Both the position numbers and the translations under genes were made by a program. The notes beneath the pieces are model-generated. The model was given only the letters and a program-made list of their open reading frames with translations, did not search any database and had not been told where the DNA came from. DNA of 64,000 bases. Origin: Squalus acanthias. Taxonomy: Eukaryota. Below are positions 36,730 through 50,919 of the stretch, piece by piece; the stretch's first letter is position 1, and every line of letters starts with the position of its first letter. The stretch lies in NCBI GenBank assembly GCA_030390025.1, contig JASTWF010000033.1, positions 3,164,001 to 3,228,000 on the forward strand, written 5' to 3'.

Positions 36730-37631
36730 TTAACTTAGTGACGATTGTGACCCTGTCTCGGGGAAAGTGTGGTCTCTCCAAATGTGTCACTCGGTACCTG
36801 GTGGCCATGGCAGCGGCGGATGTACTGGTCGTTATCATCGATCTGATACTGAGGCGCATCCCCATTGTTTATTATACGAGGTTTCACTTTCTGTTCGACA
36901 TTCCCGTGTGTAACATTCACGCCGTCCTACTTTATGTAGCCACAGACTGTTCTGTCTGGTTCACCGTCTCTTTCACCTTTGATCGATTTGTGGCCATTTG
37001 TTGCCAGAAGCTAAAAAACAAATATTGCACCGAGAAATCGGCGGCGGTGGTTATTGGAACAATGACTGTGTTGTTCTGTGTGAAGAACATTTTCTGGTAC
37101 TTTATGGTTACAGGCAACTATATGCTAATGAGAGTTCCCTGGTTCTGCGCTATGACCTACAGTGTTATGTATTCACCAGTATGGGCAGCAATTGAATTTC
37201 TACATTATATTTTCACCCTGTGTGTACCATTTATTCTGATTCTGATGCTCAATGTTTTAACTGTCAGACACATTTTAGTGACCATCAGAATTCGGAAGAG
37301 ACTTCGGGACCGGGTCAGTGGGGAGAGTCCCAGTGACCCAGAGTCTAAAAACAGAAGAAAATCAATTACTGTACTTTTTGTGAACTCGGGGAATTTTATC
37401 GTTCTATGGGCTGTGCTCCTGCTCAATACGATGTATATTAGAATTGTTCTGGTGAGCGAGTTCCCTATTGCTGAGCTCCCCAATATTGTACGAGAACTTG
37501 GGTTTATGCTCCAGCTCCTGAGTTGCTGCACAAACACTTTTATTTATGCCGTGACCCAGAGTAAGTTCAGAGAGGAGCTGAAGAATGGGGTGAAATATCC
37601 CTTCACTGTACTTTCTAAGATTATAAAATAA
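36730..37631 (+). CDS. Exon 2 of GPR139/GPR142-like class A GPCR (spliced product 323 aa)
   Basis: Polypyrimidine tract plus ttacag acceptor, phase 1 (G|TT = Val). VNLVTIVTLSRGKCGLS, YLVAMAAAD, FTFDRFVAIC, NTFIY, FREEL; 7 TM segments with exon 1; AATAAA at 37837. Confidence 0.92.
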
Positions 37632-40088
37632 CGAGGAAAGCGGGAGATTTTCACACGTAGGTTACAATGTTGTTTCACACGGTATCGCAGCCCCTCACAA
37701 CCCAGTCTCTTTATTCGTGTTGTTTTAAAGTCAAACCGAGCTGATTTGATTGAAATTGAATTTGATGCAAGGTGTGTTTTGTAATCTTGGAGCAGCTGCC
37801 GTGTGTGGAAAATCCTTTACTGTAATCACACATTTAAATAAAATTAAACTGACATGGAACAACTACCGTGACAATTGTTTATTGGGTTTTATTGCTGTTT
37901 GTGTTGATGGATTTCGGCCGGCCGGACTGTGATTCTATGTAATGGACTGTAGCTGGGAAAAGATACAACACCAGTCGGCAATACCGCGAGTTCCCCTTTA
38001 CAGAGACCATCTCCGGGTAGTTTACTGATTTCTGCAGTCCTACTGCTGAAATACAAGTTATTCTGAGTGTAACCTTCTTCATGAGGTGTATATGAGGAGT
38101 AATTTACCACTCGGCTGATGGATACTGCGCGCATTACAATGGTTACCTTTATAAAGCCTGGAATTTGCGGTGGTTAATGACGGCGAACAAACAACATTCG
38201 CTGTTATTACCCCTCTGAAGCTGACCGCAACTTCAGGATGTAGCGCATGGGCATCGAAACACGGAAATCCTGAAGTTGCGGTCAGTCATTCACTGTTCCG
38301 ACACTGGCTGCGCTGTGCCCCCGCCCCCACCCCCATAGCCGGCAATCAGTGGAATCAGGGAAATCAGTGAAACTGACCAAACTCGGGCTTTTCATGGCAA
38401 TATCGCTGTTAATACCCTGTTAAATGGATTCGGTGTAACTGGGGTTTTAACAGCGAATTGACTGCGTTAAACAAGCGTTAAAGCCCTGAATAAATATTTT
38501 TAATTTTATGGAGTGTCAAATTTCTCCATTGTGATAAAATGACGTTTATTAGAAACTTTAAACAAAATTATATTATTTTAAAGCTTGCTGATATTTATTT
38601 CAGGTTTATCTTTCACCATGTGAGAGCCCCAATCTTTGATTTTCTCTCTATAACATTTTAAAAAGTCTGAATAAACGCAACTTCTTCGCGTCCTGCTTCC
38701 TGTGTGAATTCTGCATTGTGCTGCACAGGCTATAAATTAATAAATCAGCGTAATTAACAAATATAATTAGTTGATGCTAAAGCCAAAAGTCAGTAGATAT
38801 AATAAACAGGTACGGATGAAATTGGTCCTGGGCGGGACAGTAAAACCGGCGATAGTGAATCGACAGCCTTTTTGTCGAGCCCTGGACTTTCTTTTCAATT
38901 CAACACGGTGCTCCATACGGGGTCTGACCAAGGCTCTGTATAACTGAAGCCTTATTTCCTCCGATTCATATTTGAGCTCCCCATCAGATTTTATGTTTAA
39001 TCCCCTCAGGACACCTTGGGATTGGAAAAAAATGGTGCCTTGCCAGAGCTGCCCACAAACCAAGGAGCAACAATTGAAAAAACGGAATTAATAATTGAAA
39101 AAGTGAAGATTACGTGGTGCAGATGAAATATAAGAAGCTAAGATTTTTTTTCGTGAGTTATTACAAAATACAACACATTAAAGGGACAATAGTAGAGGCA
39201 GTTCAAACACCAGCGACAACTAATATACATGGATGAGCGATTTGATTTCAATCTTACACCACGTATGTCTCGTAATCTTCTGCTGTGCCTTTTCTAATTT
39301 CAGTTTTACTAGAACACTTGGACAACTATCATCGTGGCTTCTTTAACATGAGAACCTCCGTAAAGCAAATGCATAAGTTTTATGCAACCTGTCATCATAA
39401 CTTAACCCTATAAGCCCTTGTATCATTCTGGTGAATCTGGGCTGTTCCTCCTCCAGGGCCATATATACATTTCCTGAGGGTCGATGCCCAAAATTAAATG
39501 CAGTTTCCCAATGGGGTCTGGCCAAGGCTTTGTAAAACTCAAGCATCGCTTCTTTTCATTTGTATTCAAGCCGCCATTAGCTTTGAATATTAAAGCCCTC
39601 GAGGCACCAAGGGAGTGGCAATAAATTGAACCTTGTCAGCATCGCCCCCAACCCAGGAACCAAAAATTAAATAAAAGGTATGTATAATTGAAAAAGTTGA
39701 AACCAGAAGTGGTGCGGATGCAACAGAAAATGCAAAGGTATTTTTATTTCAAAATTACAGAAGAGAAAATAATCTGTGGCCACTAGTGGAGGCCATTCAT
39801 ACACCAAGAACAAATAGCGAATCATCGATAGCCATTTTGATTCGAATATTACACTGGTGAATCTCGAGATTTTCTGTGAAGCCTTTTCTGTTCACTGCAT
39901 TAAGAGAAACCATGGCAAACCATCAAAGTGTACTTTCAATATGAGAACTTCTGTCCAGCAAATGCACAAAGCATGGATGATTGAGTAAAAGGGCCACCTT
40001 ATCTGATGAATTGCTGCTGACAAGAGCTTTGGCCTTTGATTAATTAATTAAAAAAAACTTCTAGAAATCAGAGATAAGATGTGGTTTT

Positions 40089-41742
40089 AAGAACATAAGA
40101 AATAGGAGCAGGAGTAGGCCATTTGGCCCCTCGAGCCTGCTCCGCCATTTAATGAGCTCATGGCTGATCTGATCCTGGGCTCAGCTCCATTGCCCAGCCC
40201 ACTCCCCATAACCCATCTCTCCCTTATTGTTCAAGAATCTGTCTATCTCCACCTTAAATGTATTTAATGACCCAGCCTCCACGGCTCTCTGGGGCAGAGA
40301 ATTCCACTGATTTACGACCCTCAGAGAAGAAATTCCTCCTCAACTCAGTTTTAAAAGGGTGCCCCCTTATTCTGAAACTATGGCCCCTAGTTCTAGATTC
40401 CCACGTGAGGGGAAACATCTTCTCTGCATCTACCTTGTCGAGTCCCCTCAGTATCTTATATGTTTCAATATGATCACCTCTCATTCTTCAAAACTCCAAT
40501 GAGTATAGGCCCAACCTGCTCAGCCTTTCTTCATAAGTCAATCCCTTCATCTCAGGAATCAAACTCGTGAACCTTCTCTGAACTGCCTCCAATGCTGAAT
40601 TCCCCTCCTTAAATATGGAGACCAAAACTGTACACAGTACTCCAGGTGTGGTCTCACCAATATCCTGCGCTGTTGTAGCAGGGCTTCCCTGCTTTTATAC
40701 ACCAAACCCCTTTCAATAAAGGAAAACATTCCACTTGCGTTCCTGATTAATTGCTATACCTGCATGCTAACTTTTTGTGTTTCATGCACAAGGTCCTCCA
40801 CGTCCCTCTGTACTGCAGCATTTTGTAATCTCTCTCCATTTGAATAATAATTGTTTTTAAATGTTTCTTATCAAAGTGGATAACCTCACACTTACCCACC
40901 TTATACTCCATCTGCCAAATGTTTGCCCACTCACTGAGTCTGTCTATATCCCTTTGCAGATTAATTGTGTCCTCTTCACAACTTGCTTTCCCACCTATCT
41001 TTGTATCATCAGCAAATTAGTCTACATTACACACGGTCCCTTTATCCAAGTCATTAATATAGATTGTAAATAGTTGAGGCCCCAGCACTGATACCTGTGG
41101 CATCCCACTAGTTACCGTTAGCCAGTCCTCTATCCATGCTAATATATTAGCCCCAACCACGTGAGCTCTTATCTTGTGCAGTAACCTTTTACGTGGCACC
41201 TTACCGAATGCCTTCTAGAAATCCAAATGCACCACATCCACTGGTTCCCCTTTATCCACCCTGCTCGTTAGATCCACAAAGAACTCCAGCAAATTTGTCA
41301 AACATTCATAAAACTATGCTGACGCTGCTTGACTGTATTATGATTTTCTAAATGTCCTGCTACTGCTTCCTTAATAATGGACTCCAGCATTTTCCCAATG
41401 ACAGATGTTAGACTAACTGATCTATATTTCCTGCTTTCTGTCTCCCTCCCTTCTTAAATAGGGGCGTTACATTTGCAGTTTTCCAATCCACTGCGACCGC
41501 TCAAGAATCCAAGGAATTTTGGTAGATTGCAACCAGTGCATCCACTGTCTCTGCTGCCACTACTTTTAAGACCCTAGGATGCAGACCATCAGTTCCCTGG
41601 GACTTGTCCACCTTTAAACCCATTATTTTACCGAGTGCTTTTTCTTTAGTGATTAAGATTGTTTTAAGTTTCCCCCTCCCTATATCCACTGATTATATAT
41701 TATTGGGACGGTGTTAGTGTCTTCTGCTGTGAATACTGATAC
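40089..41742 (-). mobile_element. CR1 LINE, 5'-truncated and decayed
   Basis: RT fragments and 3'UTR with (aagaacat) tail. Confidence 0.9.
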
Positions 41743-41994
41743 AAAGGGGGGAGGGAGAGATAGAGGGGGAGGGAGAGAGAGAGGTTGGAGAGATAGAGAG
41801 GATGGAGAGATAGAGAGCGCATTGAGAGAGAGAGCACGTCGGAAGAGAGAGAATGAGGAGAATGAGGAGAGAGAGAGAATGAGGAGAGCGAGGGGAGAGA
41901 GAGAGAAATGGGAGAGGGGGAGAGGGCAGAGACAGAAGAGGGGAGAGAGAAGAGGGGAAGAGCGAGAGAGAGGGGAGAGAGGAGAGAGGGGCAG

Positions 41995-43255
41995 AGGTGT
42001 TTGTAAACGCATCAGCCTTGCCTTTTCCACTCAGGTGATGAGCTCTGCTATCATTGAGGATGGTGATATTCATGGAGCCTCCTCCTCTAGTTAGTTGTTT
42101 AATTGTCCACCAAAATTCACGACTGGATGTGACAGGATTGCAGAGCTTTGATCTGATCTGTTGATTGTGGGGTCGCTTAGCCCTGTCTATAGCATTCTGC
42201 TCCTGCTTGTTAGCATGAATGTAGTCCTGTGTTGCAGCTTCCCCAGGTTGGTACCTTATTTTTATGTACACCTGGTGCTGCTCCTGGCATGCCCTTCTAC
42301 ACTCCTTATTGAACCAAGGTCGGTCCCCTGGCTTTATGGTAATGGTAGAGTGAGGGATATGCCGGGCCATGAGGTTACAGATTGTGGTTGAATAAAATTC
42401 TGCTTCTGCTGATGGCCCACAGCGCCTCATGGATGCCCAGTTTTGAGCTGCTAGATCTGTTCTGAATCTGTCCCATTTAGCACGGTGGTCGTGCCACACA
42501 GCACGATGAAGGGTGTCCTCAGTATGAAGACGGGACTTCGTCTCCCCAATGACTGTGCGGTGGTCACTGATACCAATACCATCATGGAAAGTTGCATTTG
42601 CGACAGGTAGATTGGGGAGGATGAGGTCAAGAAGTTTTTTCCCTCGTGTTGGTTCTCTCACCACCTGCCGCAGGCCCAGTCTGGCAAATATTTCTTTCAG
42701 CCTCGGCCAGTTCGGTCAGTAGTGGTGCTGCCGAGCCACTCTTGGTGATGGACATTGAAGTCACCACCCAGAGTACATTCTGTGCCCTTGCTACTCTCAG
42801 TGCTTCTTCCAAGTGGTGTTCAACATGGAGGATTACTGATTCATCAGCTGAGGGAGGGCGGTTGGTGGGAATCAGCAGGAGGTTTCCTTGACCATGCTTG
42901 ACCTGAAGCAACGAGACTTTTATGGGGTCCGGAGTCAATGTTGAGGACTCCCAGCGTCATTCCTTCCCGACTGTATACCACTGTGACGCCACCCCTGGTG
43001 GGTCTGTCCTGCCGGAGGTACAGGATATACAGAGGGATGGTGATGAAGGAGTTTGAGACATTGGCTGAAAGGTATGATTCTGTGAGTATGACCATGTCAG
43101 GCTGTTGCTTGACTAGTCTGTGGGACAGCTCTCCCAATTTTGGCACAATTCCCCAGATGTTGGTGAGGAGGACTTTGCAGGTTCGTCGGGGCCGGGTGTG
43201 TCATTGCAGTGTCCGTAACTGATGCCGAGGTCGATGCCGGGTGGTCCATCCGGAT
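41995..43255 (-). mobile_element. Non-LTR retrotransposon of a different family (APE endonuclease and linker); clade not assigned
   Basis: KLGELSHRLVKQQPDMVILTESYL, RQDR..RGG, PTRGKKLLDLIL, GISDH, PWFNKEC. Confidence 0.8.
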
Positions 43256-43482
43256 TGAGCAAGTTTAAAACAGCCGAGAGAAAGACACACACACTGAAAG
43301 AGACAAGCTTTTATCACAGCAGAGGGGAGTGTGAAGCAGGAATTTCGACTGCTCGTGTGGATAAGAGAAAAATGTTGCCTTTGCAATAAAGATTGGAAGC
43401 GATAAAACATCAAAGGCTTCCCGAACAAATGAGAACCACTGTATCAACAGGATACACTCAGGGAGGGAGTGATGGTTCATGA

Positions 43483-43585
43483 TTAAATCTGTTTCATTCT
43501 CCACGGATGCTGCCTGGCCTGCTGAGTGTTTCCCGCATTTTCTGTTGTTATTTCAGATTTCCAGCATCCGCAGTATTTTGCTATT
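43483..43585 (+). mobile_element. Penelope family B terminal fragment lacking the hammerhead core
   Basis: ctccacggatgctgcctggcctgctgag..ttttctgttgttatttcag is the reverse complement of ~28763-28830. Confidence 0.75.
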
Positions 43586-43645
43586 GTGTTAGATTTTAGT
43601 ATCTGATTGACTTGATTTAATAAAATTTTAATCAAAACTTATTTC

Positions 43646-44070
43646 GGTGGCATAGTGGTTAGCACTGGTGCCTCACAGCGCCAGAGACCCGGGTTCGAAT
43701 CTGACCTCGGGTGTCTGTCTGTGTGGAGTTTGCACATTCTCCCCGTGTCTGCGTGGGTTTCCTCCGGGTGCTCCGGTTTCCTCCCACAGTCCAAAAATGT
43801 GTGGGTTAGGTTGATTTGGCTATGATAAATTGACCCTTAGTGTTAGGGGGGATTAAATATGTGGGGTTATGGGGATAGGATGGGATATGTTAGGGGGAAT
43901 TAAATACGTGGGGTTACGGGGGTAGGGTGGGATATGTGTACTGTGGGGATTAAAGCAGGGACAGGGTACTGGATTTCGATGATCAGCCATGATCGTATTG
44001 AATGGCGGAGCAGGCTCGACGGGCCGAATGGCCTACTCCTGCTCCTAGATTCTATGTTTCTATGTTTCTA
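43646..44070 (+). mobile_element. tRNA-derived V-SINE (HE1-like) with CR1-derived tail
   Basis: A box tggcatagtgg, B box gggttcgaatc; V-domain gtggagtttgcacattctccccgtgtctgcgtgggtttcctccgggtgctccggtttcctcccac; CR1 3'UTR and (ttctatgt)n tail. Confidence 0.9.
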
Positions 44071-44184
44071 TTTCAGTGTTTCCCTACGCCTCGAACTTGT
44101 ATTAGAGATAAAGGATGTATGACAATATCCTAGAATACATCCACAAGGGCAATAGGAATATATGACTACATCCTACAGCTAAGG

Positions 44185-45475
44185 ACAAAGTGACTGAACA
44201 CAGAGAAATTTGAGTTGATTAGAGAGAGGCAATATGGATTTGTAAAGGGAAGTTCATGTCTAACGAACCTCATTGAATTTTGAGGAATTAGCTGAAGTAA
44301 TAGACAGGGGACTGTCTACGGATGTGTTGTATATGGACTTCCAGAAGGCATTCAATGAGGTTATGTACAAGAGACTGTCAGCGAAAATTAAAGCTCATGG
44401 AATTCAATGCAAATTATTGACCTGGTTAGGAGATTGGTTCGGCGGTAGAACACAGAGATTAGGGATAATGGGAACGTACTCAAATTGGAAGGAAGTGACT
44501 TGTGGTGTCCCACAAGAATCTGTGCTGGGGGGTCAACTATTCACGATATTTATTAATGACAGGGATAACGTAATAGAGAGCCATATATCCAGGTTTGCCG
44601 ATGACACAAAGATAGATGGCACAGTAACTAGTGCAGGGGAGCATAAAATTACAAAGATCCATTGATAGATTAACTGAGTGGGCAAAACTGTGGCAGCTGG
44701 ATTTCAACGCAGTGAGGTCATCCATTCTGGACCAAAGAAAGACAGATGTGAGTATTGTTTAAATGGTGGAAAGCTGGGAACAGTGAAGGTCCAAAGACAT
44801 TTAGGGGTTTGTGTAAAGAGATCACTAAAATGTAGTGATCAGGAGCAAAAAATAATCAACAAAGCTAAAGGAATGTTAGTCTTTATATCCAGAGGGCCAG
44901 AATACAAGGGGGATTGCTAGAGCTTTTCAAAGCCCTGGTTAGATCACATCTGGAGCACTGTGTGCAGTTCTGGGCACCACACCTTGGAAAGGATATATTG
45001 GCCTTGGAGAATGTTACCAGGACGCAAGTGTTAAATTATGAGGACAGATTACATAAACCTGGCTTCTATTCCTGGAATATAGAAGGTTAACGGGTGAGAT
45101 TATTGAGGTTCCCGGGATTTTGAACGGAATTGATAGCATAGATAGAGAAAAACTTTTTCCACTGGTGGAGAAGTCTCGGACAAGGGGTCATAACCTTAAA
45201 ATCAGAGCCAGGCCATTCAGGAGAGAATTTAGGAAACACTTCTTCACACAAAGGGTGGTAGAAGTGTGGAACCCTCTCCCGCAAAAAGCAGTAGATGTCT
45301 CAAATAATAATCTTATATCTGAGGTCGATAGATTTTTCATCACCAAGAGTATTAAGGGATATGGAGCTAAGTCGGGTGGATGGAGTTAGGACACAGATCA
45401 GCCACGATCTCATTGAATTGAGGGACAGGCTCGATGGGCTGAAGAGCCTCTTCCTGTTTCTATGTCCTGTGTTTC
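44185..45475 (+). mobile_element. Old CR1 LINE fragment
   Basis: YMDFQKAF, GVPQESVLG, FADDTK, TRGHNLKI, 3'UTR. Confidence 0.88.
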
Positions 45476-48400
45476 TAATACCTCCACATCAGGGCAATAG
45501 GGATATATGACAATAACCTACAATACCTCAATAAGGTCAATAGGGATATATGACAATATCCTCCAATACCTCCTCATCAGGGCAATAGGGATATATGACA
45601 ATATCCTCCAATACCTCAATAAGGTCAATAGGGATATATGACAATATCCTCCAATACCTCAATAAGAGCAATAGGGATATATGACAATATCCTCAAATAC
45701 CTCAATAAGGGCAATAGGGATATATGACAATATCCTCCAATACCTCAATAATGGCAATACGGATATATGACAATATCCTCCAATACCACAATAAGAGAAA
45801 AAGGGATATATGACAATATCCTTCAATACCACAATAAGAGCATTAGGGATATATGACAATATCCTACAATACCTCCAGAAGGTAAATAGGGATATATGAC
45901 AATATCCTATAATACCTCATTAAGGGCAATCGGCATATATGAAAATATCCTCCAATACCTCAATAAGAGCAATAGGGATACATGTCAATATCCTATAATA
46001 CCACAATAACAGCAATAGGGATGTATGACAATATCCTCCAATACCTCAATAAGGACAATAGGGATATGACAATATCCTCCAAAACCTCAATAAGTGCAAT
46101 AGGGATATATGACAATATCCTCCAATATCACAATAAGGGCAATAGGGATATATGACAATATCCTCCAATACCTCAATAAGGACAATAGGGATATATGACA
46201 ATATCCTCCAATACCACAATAAGGACAATAGGGCTATATGACAATATCCTCCAATACCACAATAAGGGCAATAGGGATATATGACAATATCCTATACTAC
46301 CTCAATAAGGACAATAGGGATAATGACAATTTCCTCCAATACCACAATAAGGGCAATAGGGATAAATGACAATATCCTCCAATACCTCAATCAAGGCAAT
46401 AGGGATATATGACAATATCCTCCAATACCACAATAAGGGCAATAGGGATATATGACAATATCCTACAATACTTCAATAAGAGCAATAGGGATATATGACA
46501 ATATCCTCCAATACATCAATAAGGGCAACAGGGATATATAAACATATCCTCCAATACCTCAATAAGGGCAATAGGGATATATGACAATATCCACCAATAC
46601 CACACTATGGACAATAGCGATATATGACAATATCCTCCAATGGCCCGAAAATTAGACCTAATACGCGAGAGTACGCACTGTGTACTCTCGCGTTTTCGGT
46701 CTTCAATTGCCGGTTTCCTGCAAGCACTGCGCATGCGCGGGAAACCGGCACTTCATGAACTCAAAAGGGGGCGGTTCCCAAGTGAACCGCGTGTGCGCTA
46801 CAGGCTGTGCACACGCAGTGCACTTAGTGCTTTGAACGCGCAGGTAAGCATGGAAGATTTTACACATAAAGAAAGGAGGCGTAAGACCCTCTTTAAACAA
46901 GGTAAGTAGTTAATTAAGTATTATTTTAATTTTTTTCAACAGGTTTATCTTTTTTAGAGACTTTAAAGAAAGGTAAGTTTATTTTTATAACTTATAAAAA
47001 GATTTTAAATTTTTTCAAAAATTTTAATTTTTGTTTAAAGTGGTTAATTTATTTAAATATAGTTATTTTATTAATGTGATGGGTTTTTTTTAAATTTAAT
47101 TGAGGTTTAGCTGTTCTTTTGGGGGTAAGTTGTATTCATAGCTTTGACAGTTGTCCTGTCAAAACTATGAATGAAAGATGGTGTGCTGCCATTGGCTCTA
47201 ACTGAATAACGTGATCCCAGAGCTCGCACGAAATAACTGCGTCTGTGGGTCACGCAAGCACTGCACAGCTGCATGTGGGACTGGCCTTGAAACTAAAGTT
47301 CGTGTGAGCCCGGAGGGAAAAGGTAGGCGCGCAGTGAGATATAGCGGGGAAGCCTTACCCCCGCAGGAACGCTCCATGTTTAATTTCTGGGCCATAATCT
47401 CAATAAGGGCAATAGGGATATATGACAATATCCCACAACACCTCAATAAGGGCAATATGGATATATGACAATATTGTATAATACCACAATAAGGACAATA
47501 GGGATATATGACAATATCCTCCAATATCTCAATAAGGGCAATAGGGATATATGACAATATCCTTCAATACCTCAATAAGGGTAATAGGGATATAGGACAA
47601 TATCCTCCAATACCACAATAAGGGCAATAGGGATATATGAAAATATCCTCCAATACCACAATAAGGGTAATAGGGATATATGACAATATCCTCCAATACC
47701 ACAATAACGGCAATAGGGATATATGACAATATCCCACAATAGCACAATAAGAGCAATAGGGATATATGACAATATCCCACAATAGCACACTAAGAGCAAT
47801 AGGGGTATATGACAATATCCTCCAATACCTCAATAAGGGCAATAGGGATATATGACAATATCCTTCAATACCTCAAAAAGGGTAATAGGGATATAGGACA
47901 ATATCCTCCAATACCACAATAAGGGCAATAGGGATATATGACAATATCCTCCAATACCACAATAAGGGTAATAGGGATATATGACAATATCCTCCAATAC
48001 CACAATAAGGATAATAGGGATATATGACAATATCCGCCAATATCTCAAAATGAGCAATAGGGATATATGACAATATCCTCCAATACCTCAATAAGGACAA
48101 TAGGGATACATGACAATATCCTCCAATACCTCCAGAAGGGCAATAGGGATATATGACAATATCCTATAATACCACAATAAGGGCAATAGGGATATATGAC
48201 AATATCCTCCAATATCACAATTATGTAAATAGGGACATATCACAATATCCTCTAATAACACAATAAGGGCAATAGGGATATATGACAATATCCTCCAATA
48301 TCACAATTATGTAAATAGGGATATATGACAACATCCTATAATACCACAATAAGGGCAATAGGGATATATGACAATATCCTACAATACCTCAATAAGGGCA

Positions 48401-50213
48401 ATAGGGATATATGACAATATACTCCAATACCACAATAAGGGCAATAGGGATATATGACAATATTCTCCAATACCTCAATAAGGGCAATAGGGATATTTGA
48501 CGATATCTTCCAATACCTCAATAAGGGCAATAGGGATATATGACAATATCCTCCAATACCACAATAAGGGCAATAGGGATATATGACAATATCCTCCAAT
48601 ACCTCAATAAGGGCAATAGGGATATATGACAATATCCACCAATATCTCAATAAGGGCAATAGGGATATATGACAATATCCTATAATACCTCAGTAAGGGC
48701 AATAGGGATATATGACAATATCCACCAATATCTCAATAAGGGCAATAGGGATATATGACAATATCCTCCAATACCACAATAAGGGCAATAGGGATATATG
48801 ACAATATCCACCAATATCTCAATAAGGGCAATAGGGATATATGACAATATCCTGTAATACCTCAGTAAGGGCAATAGGGATATATGACAATATCCTCCAA
48901 TACCACAATAAGGGCAATAGGGATATATGACAATATCCACCAATATCTCAATAAGGGCAATAGGGATATATGACAATATCCTGTAATACCTCAGTAAGGG
49001 CAATAGGGAAATATGACAATATCCTCCAATACCTCAGTAAGGGCAATAGGGATATATGACAATACCTCCAATACCACAATAAGGGCAATAGGATATATGT
49101 CAATATCCACCAATATCTCAATAAGGGCAATAGGGATATATGACAATATCCTGTAATACCTCAGTAAGGGCAATAGGGATATATGACAATATCCTCCAAT
49201 ACCTCAGTAAGGGCAATAGGGATATATGACAATATCCTCCAATACCACAATAAGGGCAATAGGGATATATGACAATATCCACCAATATCTCAATAAGGGC
49301 AATAGGGATATATGACAATATCCTCCAATACCTCAGTAAGGGCAATAGGGATATATGACAATATCCTCCAATACCTCAATAAGGGCAATAGGGATATATG
49401 ACAATATCCACCAATATCTCAATAAGGGCAATAGGGATATATGACAATATCCTCCAATATCTCAATAAGGGCAATAGGGATATATGACAATATCCACCAA
49501 TATCTCAATAAGGGCAATATGGATATATGACAATATCCACCAATATCTCAATAAGGGCAATATGGATATATGACAATATCCTATAATACCTCAATAAGGG
49601 CAATAGGGATATATGACAATATCCTATATAACCACAATAAGGGAAATAGGGATATATGACAATATCCTATAATACAACAATAAGGGCAATAGGGATATAT
49701 GACAATATCCTCCAATACCTCAATAAGGGCAATAGGGATATATGACAATATCCTACAATATCTCAATAAGGGCAATAGGGATATATGACAATATTCTACA
49801 ATATCTCAATAAGGGCAATAGGGATATATGACAATATCCTCCAATACCACAATAAGGGCAATAGGGATATATGACAATATTCTACAATATCTCAATAAGG
49901 GCAATAGGGATATATGACAATATCCTACAATATCTCAATAAGGGCAATAGGGATATATGACAATATCCTCCAATACCACAATAAGGGCAATAGGGATATA
50001 TGACAATATCCTACAATACCTCAATAAGGTCAATAGGGATATATGACAATATCCTCCAATACCTCAATAAGGTCAATAGGGATATATGACAATATCCTCC
50101 AATACCTCAATAAGGGCAATAGGGATATATGACAATATCCTACAAGTCTTCGACATGACGGCAATAGGTATATATGATAATATCCTACAAAGCTTCGACA
50201 TGAGGGCAATACA
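45476..50213. repeat. 43-bp satellite (caatagggatatatgacaatatcctccaatacctcaataaggg)n
   Basis: Head-to-tail units with no spacers; interrupted at 46641-47394. Confidence 0.97.
46641..47394. mobile_element. Non-autonomous TIR element (MITE, possibly Harbinger-type) inserted in the satellite
   Basis: Termini tggcccgaaaatta / taatttctgggcca are imperfect inverted repeats; the satellite register resumes after the element. Confidence 0.75.
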
Positions 50214-50800
50214 ACAACTTGTATTTATATAGCGTCCTGAAACGTAGTGAAAATGGTAAAAAGTCCCAAGATGATTCACAGGAGCATTTCAGACAAAATT
50301 TGACACCGAGCCACATTAGGGCAGATGACCAACATGTTGTTCAAAGGTTTAAAGGAGGTTTAAAGGAGGAAACAGAGGTAGAGAGGTTTAGAGAGGAAAT
50401 TCAGAGCGGAAACTCAGAGCTGAGGGCCGAGGCAGCTGAAGGCAGGGCCACTAATGGAGGAGTGATTAAAATCAGGGATGCTCAAGAGACCAGCATTAGA
50501 GGAGCGCAGATACCTCGGAGGGATTTTTGTAGGGCTGGAGGAGATTACAAAGATAGGGAGGGGCGAGGCCCTGGAGGGATTTGAAAACAAGGATGAGAAT
50601 TTTAAATTGAGACTTTGCCTAACTGGGAGTCAATGTAGGTCAGCGAGCACAGGGGTGATGGGTGAACGGAACTTGGTGCGAGTTGGACATGGGCAGCAGA
50701 GTTTTGGATGACCTCAAGTTTACGGAGGGGAGAAGGTGGGACGCTGGCCAGGAGAGCGTTGGAATAGTCAAGTCTAGAGGTAATAAAGGCGATGGATGAT
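50214..50800 (-). mobile_element. L2-like LINE 3' fragment
   Basis: (aac)n tail and ttgtatttatatagcg end; body resembles L2 3' regions. Confidence 0.65.
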
Positions 50801-50919
50801 TGAGGTATATCCCATATCCTACAATACCCCCACAGAACAGGAAAAGCGATCTGACATTATCTATGATACCCCCGCATACGGCCAATAAGGATGTATGACA
50901 ATATCCTGCAATGTCCCCA

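Noticed and set aside
43646..43715. Functional tRNA gene
   Set aside because: It is the tRNA-derived head of a V-SINE.
45476..50213. CRISPR-like regular array
   Set aside because: Units are head-to-tail with no unique spacers, there are no cas genes, and the context is eukaryotic: it is a satellite.
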